DNA of 64,000 nucleotides from a bacterium. GTDB taxonomy: Bacteria > UBA8248 > JACPRG01 > G963555815. How positions within the stretch are numbered: position 1 is the first letter of the stretch; each line of letters opens with the position of its first letter. The position numbers and the translations under genes were made by a program. The DNA lies in contig CAUVWX020000001.1 of the NCBI GenBank assembly GCA_963555815.3, positions 1,281,533-1,345,532 on the forward strand, in the 5' to 3' direction. This document shows positions 34,822 through 43,706 of this stretch, piece after piece. The notes beneath the pieces were generated by a model. That model ran no database searches. It was given only the letters and a program-made list of their open reading frames with translations, and was not told the DNA's origin.

Positions 34822-35439
34822 TCAGCGGTGAAGAAGAGTCAGCTGGTATGGCGGACGGGGCGGGGGCACCTCAGAGGGAAGAGGGCCCAGGGCCAGGAGG
34901 ACGTGGGCGACGTAGCCGAGCGGAAGGTCGAGCGTGCGGTGGACCACCTGCGGGCAGAAGAGGGGGGCGCAGACCCAGCAGGCCGCGATCCCCTTGGCAT
35001 GGGCGGCGAGCAGAATATTCTGGGTTGCAGCGCCCATGCTCTGGGCTGCCATGGTCTCCTCAGCGGCCCGGCGGGGGGGGTCCGGATAGCGGTCCATGCC
35101 TTCCATTGAGATGCAGGCCACGATGAGGACGGAGGCGGCAAGGAGGAGGTCATGGCTTTTTTTGATCCGGGCCCGCCGCCTTTCGTCGGAGAGTCCGTCC
35201 CGCTCGAGGTCCGCGTCGAAGGCCTCTCCCATCTTGAGGACGAGATTGCGACGGGCGGCAGGACTTGAGACCACAACAAAGCGCCAGGGCCTTGTCTTGT
35301 GAGGCGAAGGGGCCCACCCGGCGGCCTGGACGATCTCTTCCACCACGTCTTGGCTCACCTCCCCTCGGCCGAACTGACGTTGGGACCTCCGGCTCTCCAG
35401 GAAGTGAAGAAGAGATTTTTCGTCAAGGAGGTAGGACAC
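34822..35439 (-). CDS. Stand-alone nitroreductase resembling the FbiB C-terminal domain (dehydro-F420-0 reductase candidate)
   Basis: RRSQRQF, APSPHKTRPWRFVVV, SDERRRARIKKSHDLL, GAATQNILLAAHAKGIAACWV. Located between cofD and cofH. Confidence 0.65.
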   Translation of the reverse strand: MSYLLDEKSLLHFLESRRSQRQFGRGEVSQDVVEEIVQAAGWAPSPHKTRPWRFVVVSSPAARRNLVLKMGEAFDADLERDGLSDERRRARIKKSHDLLLAASVLIVACISMEGMDRYPDPPRRAAEETMAAQSMGAATQNILLAAHAKGIAACWVCAPLFCPQVVHRTLDLPLGYVAHVLLALGPLPSEVPPPRPPYQLTLLHR

Positions 35440-35498
35440 AGCGAGCTCGCTTCTGGGCGTTTTGGGCCAAAAAGTGGGAGTCCACCGACGCCGACCGG

Positions 35499-36593
35499 CT
35501 AATTCAGCTTGTTGTAGAGGGTGTCCCGCTGAACCGGGGTCCGCCCGTTCTGGAGGATCGTCTCCCTAAGCTCCTCCACGCTCACCCGGTCACCCCACTT
35601 GGAGCCGGCCATGTTGGAGATCCGCTCCTCCATCAGGGTCCCTCCCACGTCGTTGACCCCGACCCGAAGGGCATGGCCTCCCGCCTTCAGGCCGATCTTG
35701 GGCCAGGCGGATTGGAGGTTCCGGATGGTGTCTCGAAAATAGATACGGCTGACGGCGTAGAGCTTAAAAACCTCTCGGTTCGAGATCATCTCCCGGATCT
35801 TGAAGAGGCTCCCCAGGGCGTTCTCATAGGGGATGAAGGGGAGGGGGACGAATTCGGTGATCCCGCCCGTCTTTTTCTGGATGGAGCGGATGACCTCCAG
35901 GTGCTCACCGACGTCCTCGGGTGTCTCTACGTGGCCGAACATGATGGTGGAGGTGGAGGGGATACCCTGGCGGTGGACCTCCGTGATGACGTCCACCCAC
36001 CGCCCCGTATGGAGCTTATCCGGACAGATCACCTTCCGGACCCTCTCCACCAGGACCTCGGCCGCTGTCCCGGGGGTGCTCCCGAGGCCAGCCGCCCGAA
36101 GCTCCTTCACGACGTCCGAAACTTCTAGGCCCGATATCTCCGTCATGTAGTTGATCTCTTCCGGGGAGTAGGCGTGGAGGTGGACGCCTGGGATGATTTC
36201 TCGGACAAAGCGCAGGAGGTCCAGGTAGTAGTCAAAGGTCAAGTCAGGGTGGAGCCCTCCCTGGATGCAGATCTCGGTGACGTTGAAGGCCTTCGCTTCC
36301 TCGAGCTTCACCTTCATCGCTTCATGGCTGAAGAAGTAGGAGCCTGGCTGCCCCTTTCGGCGCGAAAAGCCGCAAAAGCGGCAGGAGCCAACGCAGATAT
36401 TGGAGAAGTTCATGTTGCGGTTGACGACGTAGGTGGCCTCATTGCCCACGAGCTCTTCCCGGATGGAGTCGGCCAGGGCGAAGAGGGCTTCGGCCTCCAG
36501 GTCGTCCTGAGTCTTCAGGAGGACCGCAGCGTCCGTGGGACCGATCTCCTCTCCCCGCTCCGCCTTGGAGAAGGCGTCTTTGAAGGTGAGCAT
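35499..36593 (-). CDS. cofH: FO synthase subunit 2 (radical SAM)
   Basis: NFSNICVGSCRFCGF. I prefer ATG 36593 (GAAGGAGA 7 nt upstream) over the ORF-track start at 36629. Confidence 0.85.
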   Translation of the reverse strand: MLTFKDAFSKAERGEEIGPTDAAVLLKTQDDLEAEALFALADSIREELVGNEATYVVNRNMNFSNICVGSCRFCGFSRRKGQPGSYFFSHEAMKVKLEEAKAFNVTEICIQGGLHPDLTFDYYLDLLRFVREIIPGVHLHAYSPEEINYMTEISGLEVSDVVKELRAAGLGSTPGTAAEVLVERVRKVICPDKLHTGRWVDVITEVHRQGIPSTSTIMFGHVETPEDVGEHLEVIRSIQKKTGGITEFVPLPFIPYENALGSLFKIREMISNREVFKLYAVSRIYFRDTIRNLQSAWPKIGLKAGGHALRVGVNDVGGTLMEERISNMAGSKWGDRVSVEELRETILQNGRTPVQRDTLYNKLN

Positions 36594-36680
36594 GGAGAAA
36601 TCTCCTTCAAGCCGACATGAGTCAGCCATAGATGCATGAGCGAAGTTGGTATGGAGAAGCCGCCGACTCTATCAGCAGCG

Positions 36681-37157
36681 TCAACCTCCGAAAGTGACAA
36701 TCCGGGTGGGCCGGACCTGATAGAGGACCCGTATCTCACCTTTTGGATCACGGAATGGATAGGGACGTTGGCCAAGATAAACTTCGGTCAGGTCGTCGAT
36801 GTTTTGTGTCGCCAGATTCCCTCTCTTTTTGTCATCTTCGTCAATGATATCTTCAACTTTACCATATATTGACATCCAGTGAAGCGGATTTTCTGGATTC
36901 ACGATTATGATGCTCACATCACGGCGGGCGCGCAGATTCTTGTCTTTTTGCCGACCCCTGACAGAGTTCAAGTTGACGTAAGTTCCATCGTGATTCAGCC
37001 AGACCGGGGTCAACTGGGGCAACCCCTTCGCACCAATCGTCGCCAATATCGCCGTGACGCTCTTTTCTAGTAGCTGGCGGTAGGAATCAAGCAGCTCGTT
37101 CAAGCTCGAGACCTTCTTGCGGTCTCCGATCTTAAAAGCTTTACCCTGTCCGGGCAT
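36681..37157 (-). CDS. Pyridoxamine 5'-phosphate oxidase-fold protein (PPOX-class, probably flavin/F420-dependent)
   Basis: AILATIGAKGLPQLTPVWLNHDGTYVNLNSVRGRQKDKNLRARRDVS is typical of the split-barrel PPOX class. GC is lower than in the flanking cofH and cofG. Confidence 0.55.
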   Translation of the reverse strand: MPGQGKAFKIGDRKKVSSLNELLDSYRQLLEKSVTAILATIGAKGLPQLTPVWLNHDGTYVNLNSVRGRQKDKNLRARRDVSIIIVNPENPLHWMSIYGKVEDIIDEDDKKRGNLATQNIDDLTEVYLGQRPYPFRDPKGEIRVLYQVRPTRIVTFGG

Positions 37158-37180
37158 GACGACATCGGCAATTTCTATTG

Positions 37181-38203
37181 CTATGGCGATCCCCCCTTTT
37201 CATTTTCCCGGGCCATTCCCGGAAAAGAGCAAAGAGCAGTCCGATGGGAAGCCATCGCCTCCCCTACCTCGGGCGAATACCACCCCTTTTCGATGTGCTC
37301 ATCATAGATGGGGAGGCGGAACTTGAGCTCCAGGCCATTCGCCGCCAGGAGCGCTCGCAGGTCCTCGATGTCGGGCCAGGGGCGGTCGCGGTTAATCAGA
37401 TCCGGCTCGTCCGACAGGCCGCCCAGGTCGTCCGCCCCCGCCTCTATGGTTTCGAGGACCTCGGGGATGAGATTCGGCGGGATCTGAAGGTGCACCTGTG
37501 GCGGGAGGATGGCCCGAGCCTCCCGGATAACCTGGAGCACCTCGGCCTTCTCTGGAGCGGGCCAGCCCGCCATCTCGGTCCCGGCCTGGGGATTGAGGGG
37601 TTGGACGATAACCTCCTGGATGTGGTCGTACTTCTCTTGGAGGGCCGCCAGGACCTCGAGGGTTTGCCTGCGCTCTTCCCAGGACTCCCCGATCCCAAAG
37701 AGGATGCCCGACGTGAAGGGGATCTGAAGCTCGCCAGCCGCCCGGACCGTCTCTACCCGAAGGGCGGGGGCCTTGGTGGGGGCTTGGTGGTGGGCCGCTC
37801 CTCGCTCCACTGCCGGGCTCAGTGCCTCCAGCATGACCCCCATGGAGGCGTTCACGTCCTTGAGGCGAGAGAGTTCATCGAGACTTAAGGTCCCGATGTT
37901 GGTGTGTGGCAGAAGATCTTCGTCGAGGAGGAGGAGGCAGACCTCGCGGATGTAGTCCACGTAAGTGGGAAAGCCCCAAGAGCGGAGCTCGCTGCGCATC
38001 TTGGGGTGGACATCAGGCTGCTCACCCGTCATGACGAGGGCCTCGACGGCCCCTTTCTTTCGCTCCTCTCGGGCGATGGCTCGGATCTCGGAGAGTTTTA
38101 GCAGGGCCGGCTTGTCGCTTCGAAAGGAGCAATAGCCGCAGCGGTTTCGGCACCAGTAGGTGACTGGGAGCGTGAAATTTCGGGAATAAGTGACCGTATG
38201 CAT
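37181..38203 (-). CDS. cofG: FO synthase subunit 1 (radical SAM)
   Basis: TYSRNFTLPVTYWCRNRCGYCSF. Confidence 0.85.
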   Translation of the reverse strand: MHTVTYSRNFTLPVTYWCRNRCGYCSFRSDKPALLKLSEIRAIAREERKKGAVEALVMTGEQPDVHPKMRSELRSWGFPTYVDYIREVCLLLLDEDLLPHTNIGTLSLDELSRLKDVNASMGVMLEALSPAVERGAAHHQAPTKAPALRVETVRAAGELQIPFTSGILFGIGESWEERRQTLEVLAALQEKYDHIQEVIVQPLNPQAGTEMAGWPAPEKAEVLQVIREARAILPPQVHLQIPPNLIPEVLETIEAGADDLGGLSDEPDLINRDRPWPDIEDLRALLAANGLELKFRLPIYDEHIEKGWYSPEVGEAMASHRTALCSFPGMARENEKGGSP

Positions 38204-38411
38204 GAAAACATTCTAGCATAGTGCCCTGTCCCCGATTTGAGTTTCCCAGAGAGGACTGGACCTGGCCGGGTGCCGGGCATTCCCCCCTAGGAAAGGCCCT
38301 TTCTTTTTTCAGGGGCGAACCTATTGACTGGCGTTAGCAAAGTGTCGGAAAATGTTCTGCGACTGGGGCATTCCTTCGAGATAGGGGCTTTTAAGAAAAG
38401 GGGAGAAAGGC

Positions 38412-39437
38412 GTGCTTTCCAACCTGATGTTCCTTCGAGTTTCACTCGCTGTCCTCATAGTCGGCTTCGGTGGTATTACCTACCAGAACATTATAAGAAG
38501 CGGTCAGGAAGCCGAGCTCAGGGACCAGACCCTCCAAGTGGACCGAGGGGAGGCGGAACAGCTCTCCGAAAGTCGATCGACGGAAATCCTTGAGAGAGAG
38601 ATCGAGACGACCACATCCGTGAGGGAAGAGGCGGAACAGCTCTCCGAAAGTCGATCGACGGAAATCCTTGAGAGAGAGATCGAGACGACCACTTCCGTGA
38701 GGGGAGAGGAGCTAGAGCAGGCGCGTCAGGAAGCGGAGGAGCTTCAGGGGCAGCTCGCGGAGGTGGGCCGCGTTGTCGCTGACCTTCGGAGCGAAAACCA
38801 GGACCTTCAGGCTGAGCTGGGAGAATTCGCCGATAGGGTCCGGGGCCTGGAGGAAGAGAGCCGTGAGGGGCAGCTGACCCGACAGGGCCTCGATGAGCAG
38901 ATCACGGATCTCAGGACCGATCTGGACTCCGCCCTTCTCGCCAAAGAGGCCGAGCTCGCCGAGCTGAGGGCCAGCTACGAGTCTCTCCTGGAGACGCTGC
39001 GGGTCCAGATCCAAAATCGGGAGGTGGACGTCGAGCAGAGTCCAGGACACCTCACCATCCGTCTGGTGGATCAGGTCCTCTTTGACTCAGGGAGCGAGAT
39101 ACTCAAGGAGGAGAGCAGCCGGACACTGGACGCTGTCTTCGAGGGGCTAAAACCTCTGAAGGGCGGGCTCATCGTGATAGAGGGGCATGCCGATGATCGG
39201 CTCATCCGCCCCAGTCTTCAGAAGCAGTTTCCCAGCAATTGGGAGCTCTCCCTGAGCAGGGCCGCGGTGGTGGCGCGTTACTTCCAGGAGCGGGGTGTTA
39301 GCCCGAAGCGCCTCTCAGTCACCGGGTACTCCTATTACCGGCCCGCCGACACCAACCTGACGACCTTCGGCCGCTCTCAAAACCGCCGGGTGGAGATCAA
39401 ACTGGTCCCGATCGGCCTTTCCTCTCCTGAAGAGTGA
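38412..39437 (+). CDS. OmpA/MotB C-terminal-domain protein with an N-terminal anchor and long coiled coil
   Basis: The C-terminus (IVIEGHADDRLI...NWELSLSRAAVVARYFQERGVSPKRLSVTGYSYYRP...NRRVEIKLV) is an OmpA-like peptidoglycan-binding domain. Confidence 0.75.
   Translation: MLSNLMFLRVSLAVLIVGFGGITYQNIIRSGQEAELRDQTLQVDRGEAEQLSESRSTEILEREIETTTSVREEAEQLSESRSTEILEREIETTTSVRGEELEQARQEAEELQGQLAEVGRVVADLRSENQDLQAELGEFADRVRGLEEESREGQLTRQGLDEQITDLRTDLDSALLAKEAELAELRASYESLLETLRVQIQNREVDVEQSPGHLTIRLVDQVLFDSGSEILKEESSRTLDAVFEGLKPLKGGLIVIEGHADDRLIRPSLQKQFPSNWELSLSRAAVVARYFQERGVSPKRLSVTGYSYYRPADTNLTTFGRSQNRRVEIKLVPIGLSSPEE
38550..38705 (+). repeat. 78-bp tandem duplication (2 copies, near-identical) inside the OmpA-like CDS
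   Basis: Copies at 38550-38627 and 38628-38705 encode EAEQLSESRSTEILEREIETTTSVR twice. Confidence 0.9.
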
Positions 39438-39664
39438 GTTTTTAGTTTCGATTTTTCCAGCCACCGCCCAGCTTACCGCCTCATCGTGGTCTCCTTTTTC
39501 TTTCTGCGAGGTTCCCGTGCGGGCCAGTAGAGTGTATATACACATTCCGGCTCCTGTTTCACCTCCTCCAGGGTGACGGCCTGGAAGGGGTGCCCTACCT
39601 TTCTTTCTGTTGGATTAGATGTGGAGTTGGCAAAAAGGATTCAGGAAATTTGAGACGAAAAAAA

Positions 39665-40117
39665 TTAATCGCCGTGGGCCACGGACACAGTCTTTGACAA
39701 CCCCTCCAGGAGCACCTGAAATCGGTCTTGACCCAATCCATTGACGATACGGGCCTGCGTCTCTTCCCAGAGTGGGAGGGCCTTCAGCAAGGTTTCGCGG
39801 CCCCGGGCGGTCAGCGCCACACATCGGGTGCGCCGGTCCTTGCCGGACACGATCTTGACCAACCTCTGCTTTTCGAGGGGCTTGAGGTCCCGCGTCAACG
39901 TCGTCCGGTCCATCACCAGCCACTCGGCCAGACGGCTGATGGTGGCACTGCCGGCTGACGAGATCGCCACAAGAGTGCCCAGCTGGGTGCCCCGAAGCCC
40001 GATGGGCTGCAGGGCTCCGTCGAAGAGCTGGGTCACCGCGCGGGCCGCCTTCCGCAGGTTAAAACAGGCGCAATCGTCGCATTTCCCTGGATTTAGCTGT
40101 CCTGTTCGCGCTCCCAC
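39665..40117 (-). CDS. MarR family transcriptional regulator
   Basis: Winged-helix pattern LRGTQLGTLVAISSAGSATISRLAEWLVMDRTTLTRDLKPLEKQRLV. Confidence 0.8.
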   Translation of the reverse strand: MGARTGQLNPGKCDDCACFNLRKAARAVTQLFDGALQPIGLRGTQLGTLVAISSAGSATISRLAEWLVMDRTTLTRDLKPLEKQRLVKIVSGKDRRTRCVALTARGRETLLKALPLWEETQARIVNGLGQDRFQVLLEGLSKTVSVAHGD

Positions 40118-40126
40118 TCGCGCTCC

Positions 40127-40141
40127 CGCGTTAATAACGCG
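40127..40141. promoter_or_regulatory. Perfect palindrome CGCGTTA-A-TAACGCG upstream of marR (candidate MarR operator)
   Basis: 15-bp inverted repeat 10 nt upstream of the marR start. A related CGTGTTAATAAC is at 42427-42438, next to the RBS of the CRTAC1-like gene. Confidence 0.35.
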
Positions 40142-40190
40142 TATGCACGTAATTTCTCCCTGTCAAATATCTTTCGCCTGAGGGAGAAAC

Positions 40191-42410
40191 CTACTTCGCT
40201 ACAAACCTCTCCAATTTGCCTCCCTCAGTTACCTTTACGGTTCGGTTTATCCTGACGTTCGTAAAGGAATCCACCTCGCCAGAGGGCCAGCTGACCTCGA
40301 GCTTCGACACCCTGCTGGCCTTGCCCAGGCCAAATATCAGGGTGAAGGAGTGGTTCGAGAGGTAGCTCGTCCCAGAGGTCACCTGCTCAATGAGCACCCT
40401 GCCGCTGGGAAGCGTCACGCGCACGAGCGCGCCAATGCCGTCACGGTTCGATTTGTTTCCCTCCAGCCTCACCTTGAGCCAATGGTTGTCATACCCAGGG
40501 TTGATGTAGAGGAAGGTGGGGCCGGGTCTGAACTCCTTTATGCCGTTTGGAAGGGTCGGGGTCTCTGGAAGATTGGAATCGGTTCCTCCTAGATTGCTCA
40601 CCACAAAGTCAACATAGCCGTCGTTGTTGAAATCGCCTTTGGCGACCCCGCGGCCCGTCTCATGATAATCCCAAGCAACCCGCTCACCGGTTTGATAATC
40701 TTCCTTGTCGATGTTGAAAGTCTGGGTATCGAAGGTCACATCGCGCCAATACATGGCCTCCTTACCCAGATTTTGCAGAAGCCGTCCAGGGCCTCGATGC
40801 CACATCTGCTCAGCACCCGGGGGTGTCTGACATTTTGTCTCGCCGCAACCGCGGAATACTGAGCCGGCAAAGTAGAGGTCCTGGTGGGTGTCGTTGTCAA
40901 AGTCGAGAAATATGCTACCAAACCCGAACTCCGTGTGCTCCAGGCCCACAGGGGTGTATGACTTGTCGTGAGGAATCGCGTCAGGGTCGAGCGTTGCGGG
41001 GGGCAGCTCACCCCACTCGATACTCAAGGCACGAGAAAGGTCGGCGAGAATGGGAACCGGAACCTTCCGGCCATCCTTTTCTATCTCCCGAACGCCGTCG
41101 AAACGCCAGAGCTTGTTTACAACTGAGCCTTTGTTCCAGCGGTTAAACTTGGCAGCAACGGTGACGAGATACGTCGTCGATCCCTTTTTTTTCGTAAACC
41201 AATCCGAGCCGAAGTTCGGGTTGAACATATCGAGATCGCCGTCACCATCCACGTCAGCAAAGGCAATCCCCATCCAACCTCCGGCTATGTCAGTCGCCGC
41301 CTCTTCCGTCACATCGGTAAAGGTATTGTCGCCGTTGTTGTGGAAGATGGAGATCACTCCCGGAATATCAGAGAGGGAAATCAGGTCAGGGTAGCGGTCC
41401 CCGTCATAGTCCAGAAACCCAACCGAGAGGGTTGCAGAGTGATCCTCACCCACCGTGCGGTCTTTGGAGTCTTTGATGTCAGGATTAAAGGTGGGTATCC
41501 TCTGGCCCTCCCTATAGCTGAACATCTTTCGACCGCCCACCCCGGCCTTCTCGGTGATATCGGTGAATGTCCCATCCCCATTATTCTCAAAGAGGGTGTC
41601 CCGCGAACCGTTATAGAACTCCTCCTGGAAAAAAAACCAATCCGAATCGACATAGTTGCTGACCATGAGGTCCAGATCGCCATCGAGGTCAATGTCTCCA
41701 AAGGCGGCGGAGGAACCCTGCCGGCATTCCTCTACCCCCGCCTCAGCCGCAACATTGGTAAAAGTTGGGACGCCAGCGGGATTATTCCCGTTATTTCGAT
41801 AAAGGATGTTTTTCCCCTCGCACTCATAGAACCCGTCCGTCCTCTCCGAAACAAAGACATCCGTAGGGAGCATCTCTACTCGTTCTCCACCCTCTAACCG
41901 TATACCGCCGTGTCCTTGAAAGCCAAACCCACGTTGGCCAGCCGTGATATAGAGATCCGCTCCGCCGTCATTGTTGTAATCACCCACCGTGCAACCAATG
42001 GCCTTAGTCCCCTTACCCGTCACCCCGGCAACCGTTGAGACTTCCTCAAATTCAGGGATGCCATCGCCATCCTTGTCCCCTCGGTTGATGTATAGCTTGT
42101 TGTCGTGGTCCTGAAAATTAGCAAAGAAGGGTGGAGGGGCGTCAGGCGCGTTGTCGCTAGGAAAGAAAATGTCGTCCCAGCCGTCGGCGTTAAAATCTCC
42201 CACACACACCCCGTTGGACATGGTCTCCATGAGCCATGAGGTGCTGGCGTGGTTTAGCGCAGATGAAGCGTTAAGAAACGATTTAATCTTGGCCCGTGAA
42301 AGCACCTCTTCCGCTTGTGCCGACGTTGCGGTGTGTCCGTAGACAAAACCCGCAACTCCGATGGCCGCAATGACCGCAACCATCCAACGACACTTCCTGT
42401 GCTTCCTCAT
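40191..42410 (-). CDS. CRTAC1-family protein (FG-GAP/VCBS repeats + ASPIC/UnbV domain), secreted
   Basis: Repeated DxDxDGDxD motifs (DVDGDGDLD, DIDLDGDLD). C-terminal NHWLKVRLEGNKSNRDGIGALVRV...SYLSNHS. I prefer ATG 42410 (GAGGAGG 5 nt upstream, signal peptide MRKHRKCRWMVAVIAAIGVAG). GC is around 50%. Confidence 0.75.
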   Translation of the reverse strand: MRKHRKCRWMVAVIAAIGVAGFVYGHTATSAQAEEVLSRAKIKSFLNASSALNHASTSWLMETMSNGVCVGDFNADGWDDIFFPSDNAPDAPPPFFANFQDHDNKLYINRGDKDGDGIPEFEEVSTVAGVTGKGTKAIGCTVGDYNNDGGADLYITAGQRGFGFQGHGGIRLEGGERVEMLPTDVFVSERTDGFYECEGKNILYRNNGNNPAGVPTFTNVAAEAGVEECRQGSSAAFGDIDLDGDLDLMVSNYVDSDWFFFQEEFYNGSRDTLFENNGDGTFTDITEKAGVGGRKMFSYREGQRIPTFNPDIKDSKDRTVGEDHSATLSVGFLDYDGDRYPDLISLSDIPGVISIFHNNGDNTFTDVTEEAATDIAGGWMGIAFADVDGDGDLDMFNPNFGSDWFTKKKGSTTYLVTVAAKFNRWNKGSVVNKLWRFDGVREIEKDGRKVPVPILADLSRALSIEWGELPPATLDPDAIPHDKSYTPVGLEHTEFGFGSIFLDFDNDTHQDLYFAGSVFRGCGETKCQTPPGAEQMWHRGPGRLLQNLGKEAMYWRDVTFDTQTFNIDKEDYQTGERVAWDYHETGRGVAKGDFNNDGYVDFVVSNLGGTDSNLPETPTLPNGIKEFRPGPTFLYINPGYDNHWLKVRLEGNKSNRDGIGALVRVTLPSGRVLIEQVTSGTSYLSNHSFTLIFGLGKASRVSKLEVSWPSGEVDSFTNVRINRTVKVTEGGKLERFVAK

Positions 42411-42758
42411 GACCGCCTCCTCAATACGTGTTAATAACCCCCGATGGAGCCATCCGTCTGGCTCCCCCGTCACCTCTTCCTGTTTTTTCTTGGGTGTCCC
42501 GCTTACTGGTCCGCCCAGTCTTCCATATTAACGAGTATATGCACCAGATTAGGGAGCATAGGCACCCACTTTTCTCCCTGTCAAGTGTTTTTCAACGCTC
42601 TATGTCTGGCGTATCGCAGCGTCTGGCATATCGCAGCTTCCGCTACCTGGATGGAGACTGATTGACGTTCACATGGCCCCCGGCAGCAGTGCCCACGGCC
42701 ACACCTAAGGAGTAAGGCTCAAGGTGGCGGCGAAGAGCATCAGGCGCGAAACAGGATG

Positions 42759-43706
42759 TCATCTAGGGCGTTGGTGTTCTTCGGTGCTCCAGAAGGCCCG
42801 GCAGGTGTTGGTGTGGATCTCCACCGTATCCTCCGGGTCTATGGCATAGCCGCCCCCGAGGAGCCCCGCGATGGGAATCTCTCTCTCAGAGCAAGCGCGG
42901 ACAATGAATTGATCCCGCTCGAGGATGCCCTCCTTAGTGAGTCGAAGGGCGCCAAGCTTGTCCTCTTGGTAAGGGTCGGCCCCGGCCTGGTAGACGACGA
43001 GTTCGGGTCGGTGGTTATCCAGGATTTCCGGGACAGCGCGTCGGATGTGGTCGAGATAGGTCGAGTCTTGAGTGAAGGCGTCGAGGCCGATGTCGAGATT
43101 GCTCTTCTCCTTGAGAGGGTAAAGGTGCTCTTGGTGGATGGAGAAGGTGAAGACGTCCGGGTCGTCGGCGAAGATGACGGCGGTGCCGTTTCCCTGGTGG
43201 AGGTCGCAGTCGATGACGGCGGCCCGTTTGACTGGGCCCTTTTTCTGGACGCTCCGAATCCCAATGGCGATGTCGTTGAGGTAGCAGAACCCTTCGGCCC
43301 GGTCGGCAAAGCAGTGGTGAAACCCACCTGTGAAGTTGATGGCCCGGCCCTCCTCAAGGGCTTTTCGACAGGCCAGGATGGAGCCTCCCGTCTGAAGGAG
43401 GACTGCATCCATGATCTCTTTTGAGATGGGAAGCTCGGAGGGCACCGTTCGGTGGGTGTGACGATAGCTCAGGAGGTCATTCACATACTCCTCGGTGTGG
43501 ACGAGGAGTATTTCCTCTTGTGAGGCGGGTTCCGGGGTGACGAAACATTCAGGGGGGATATTGCTCTCTCTTTGGAACCGCTCGTAGGTCTTTCCGTACT
43601 TTCGGGTCTGAAGGACGTGTTGCCCGACGTCTGAGTAATAGTCGGGGTGATAGATGAAAGTTGCCATCAGGGCGGTCTGGGTTTCTCGAAAAAGGTTTGG
43701 GCTCAA
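42759..43706 (-). CDS. Histone deacetylase-family (class II-like / acetoin utilisation / acetylpolyamine amidohydrolase) protein
   Basis: GGFHHCFADRAEGFCYLNDIAIG, DCDLHQGNGTA. The start is uncertain: TTG 43706 overlaps the upstream stop, or ATG 43667. Confidence 0.8.
   Translation of the reverse strand: MSPNLFRETQTALMATFIYHPDYYSDVGQHVLQTRKYGKTYERFQRESNIPPECFVTPEPASQEEILLVHTEEYVNDLLSYRHTHRTVPSELPISKEIMDAVLLQTGGSILACRKALEEGRAINFTGGFHHCFADRAEGFCYLNDIAIGIRSVQKKGPVKRAAVIDCDLHQGNGTAVIFADDPDVFTFSIHQEHLYPLKEKSNLDIGLDAFTQDSTYLDHIRRAVPEILDNHRPELVVYQAGADPYQEDKLGALRLTKEGILERDQFIVRACSEREIPIAGLLGGGYAIDPEDTVEIHTNTCRAFWSTEEHQRPR

Noticed and set aside
35265-36128. 287-aa plus-strand ORF antisense to cofH. 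Similar long shadow ORFs: 62228..63310 (antisense to amt), 57336..58370, 56279..57142, 47557..48555, 46581..47420, 53228..53911, 51781..52542, 37178..37888, 29388..30038, 26158..26700 and 16243..16851
   Set aside because: Each overlaps a gene on the other strand whose product has strong family motifs. The translations are Arg/Gly/Pro-rich and start/stop poor, as expected from codon-position GC bias. None has a convincing RBS.
38550-38705. Possible CRISPR array or other repeat-spacer structure (also considered for the 34-bp repeats at 27033-27100)
   Set aside because: There are only two directly abutting copies with no spacers. One pair lies inside a CDS and in frame. No cas genes are in the window.
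39532-39543. Perfect 12-bp palindrome GTGTATATACAC in the convergent intergenic region between the OmpA-like gene and marR
   Set aside because: It is an isolated short palindrome with no flanking U-tract or second copy. There is not enough to call a terminator or operator.
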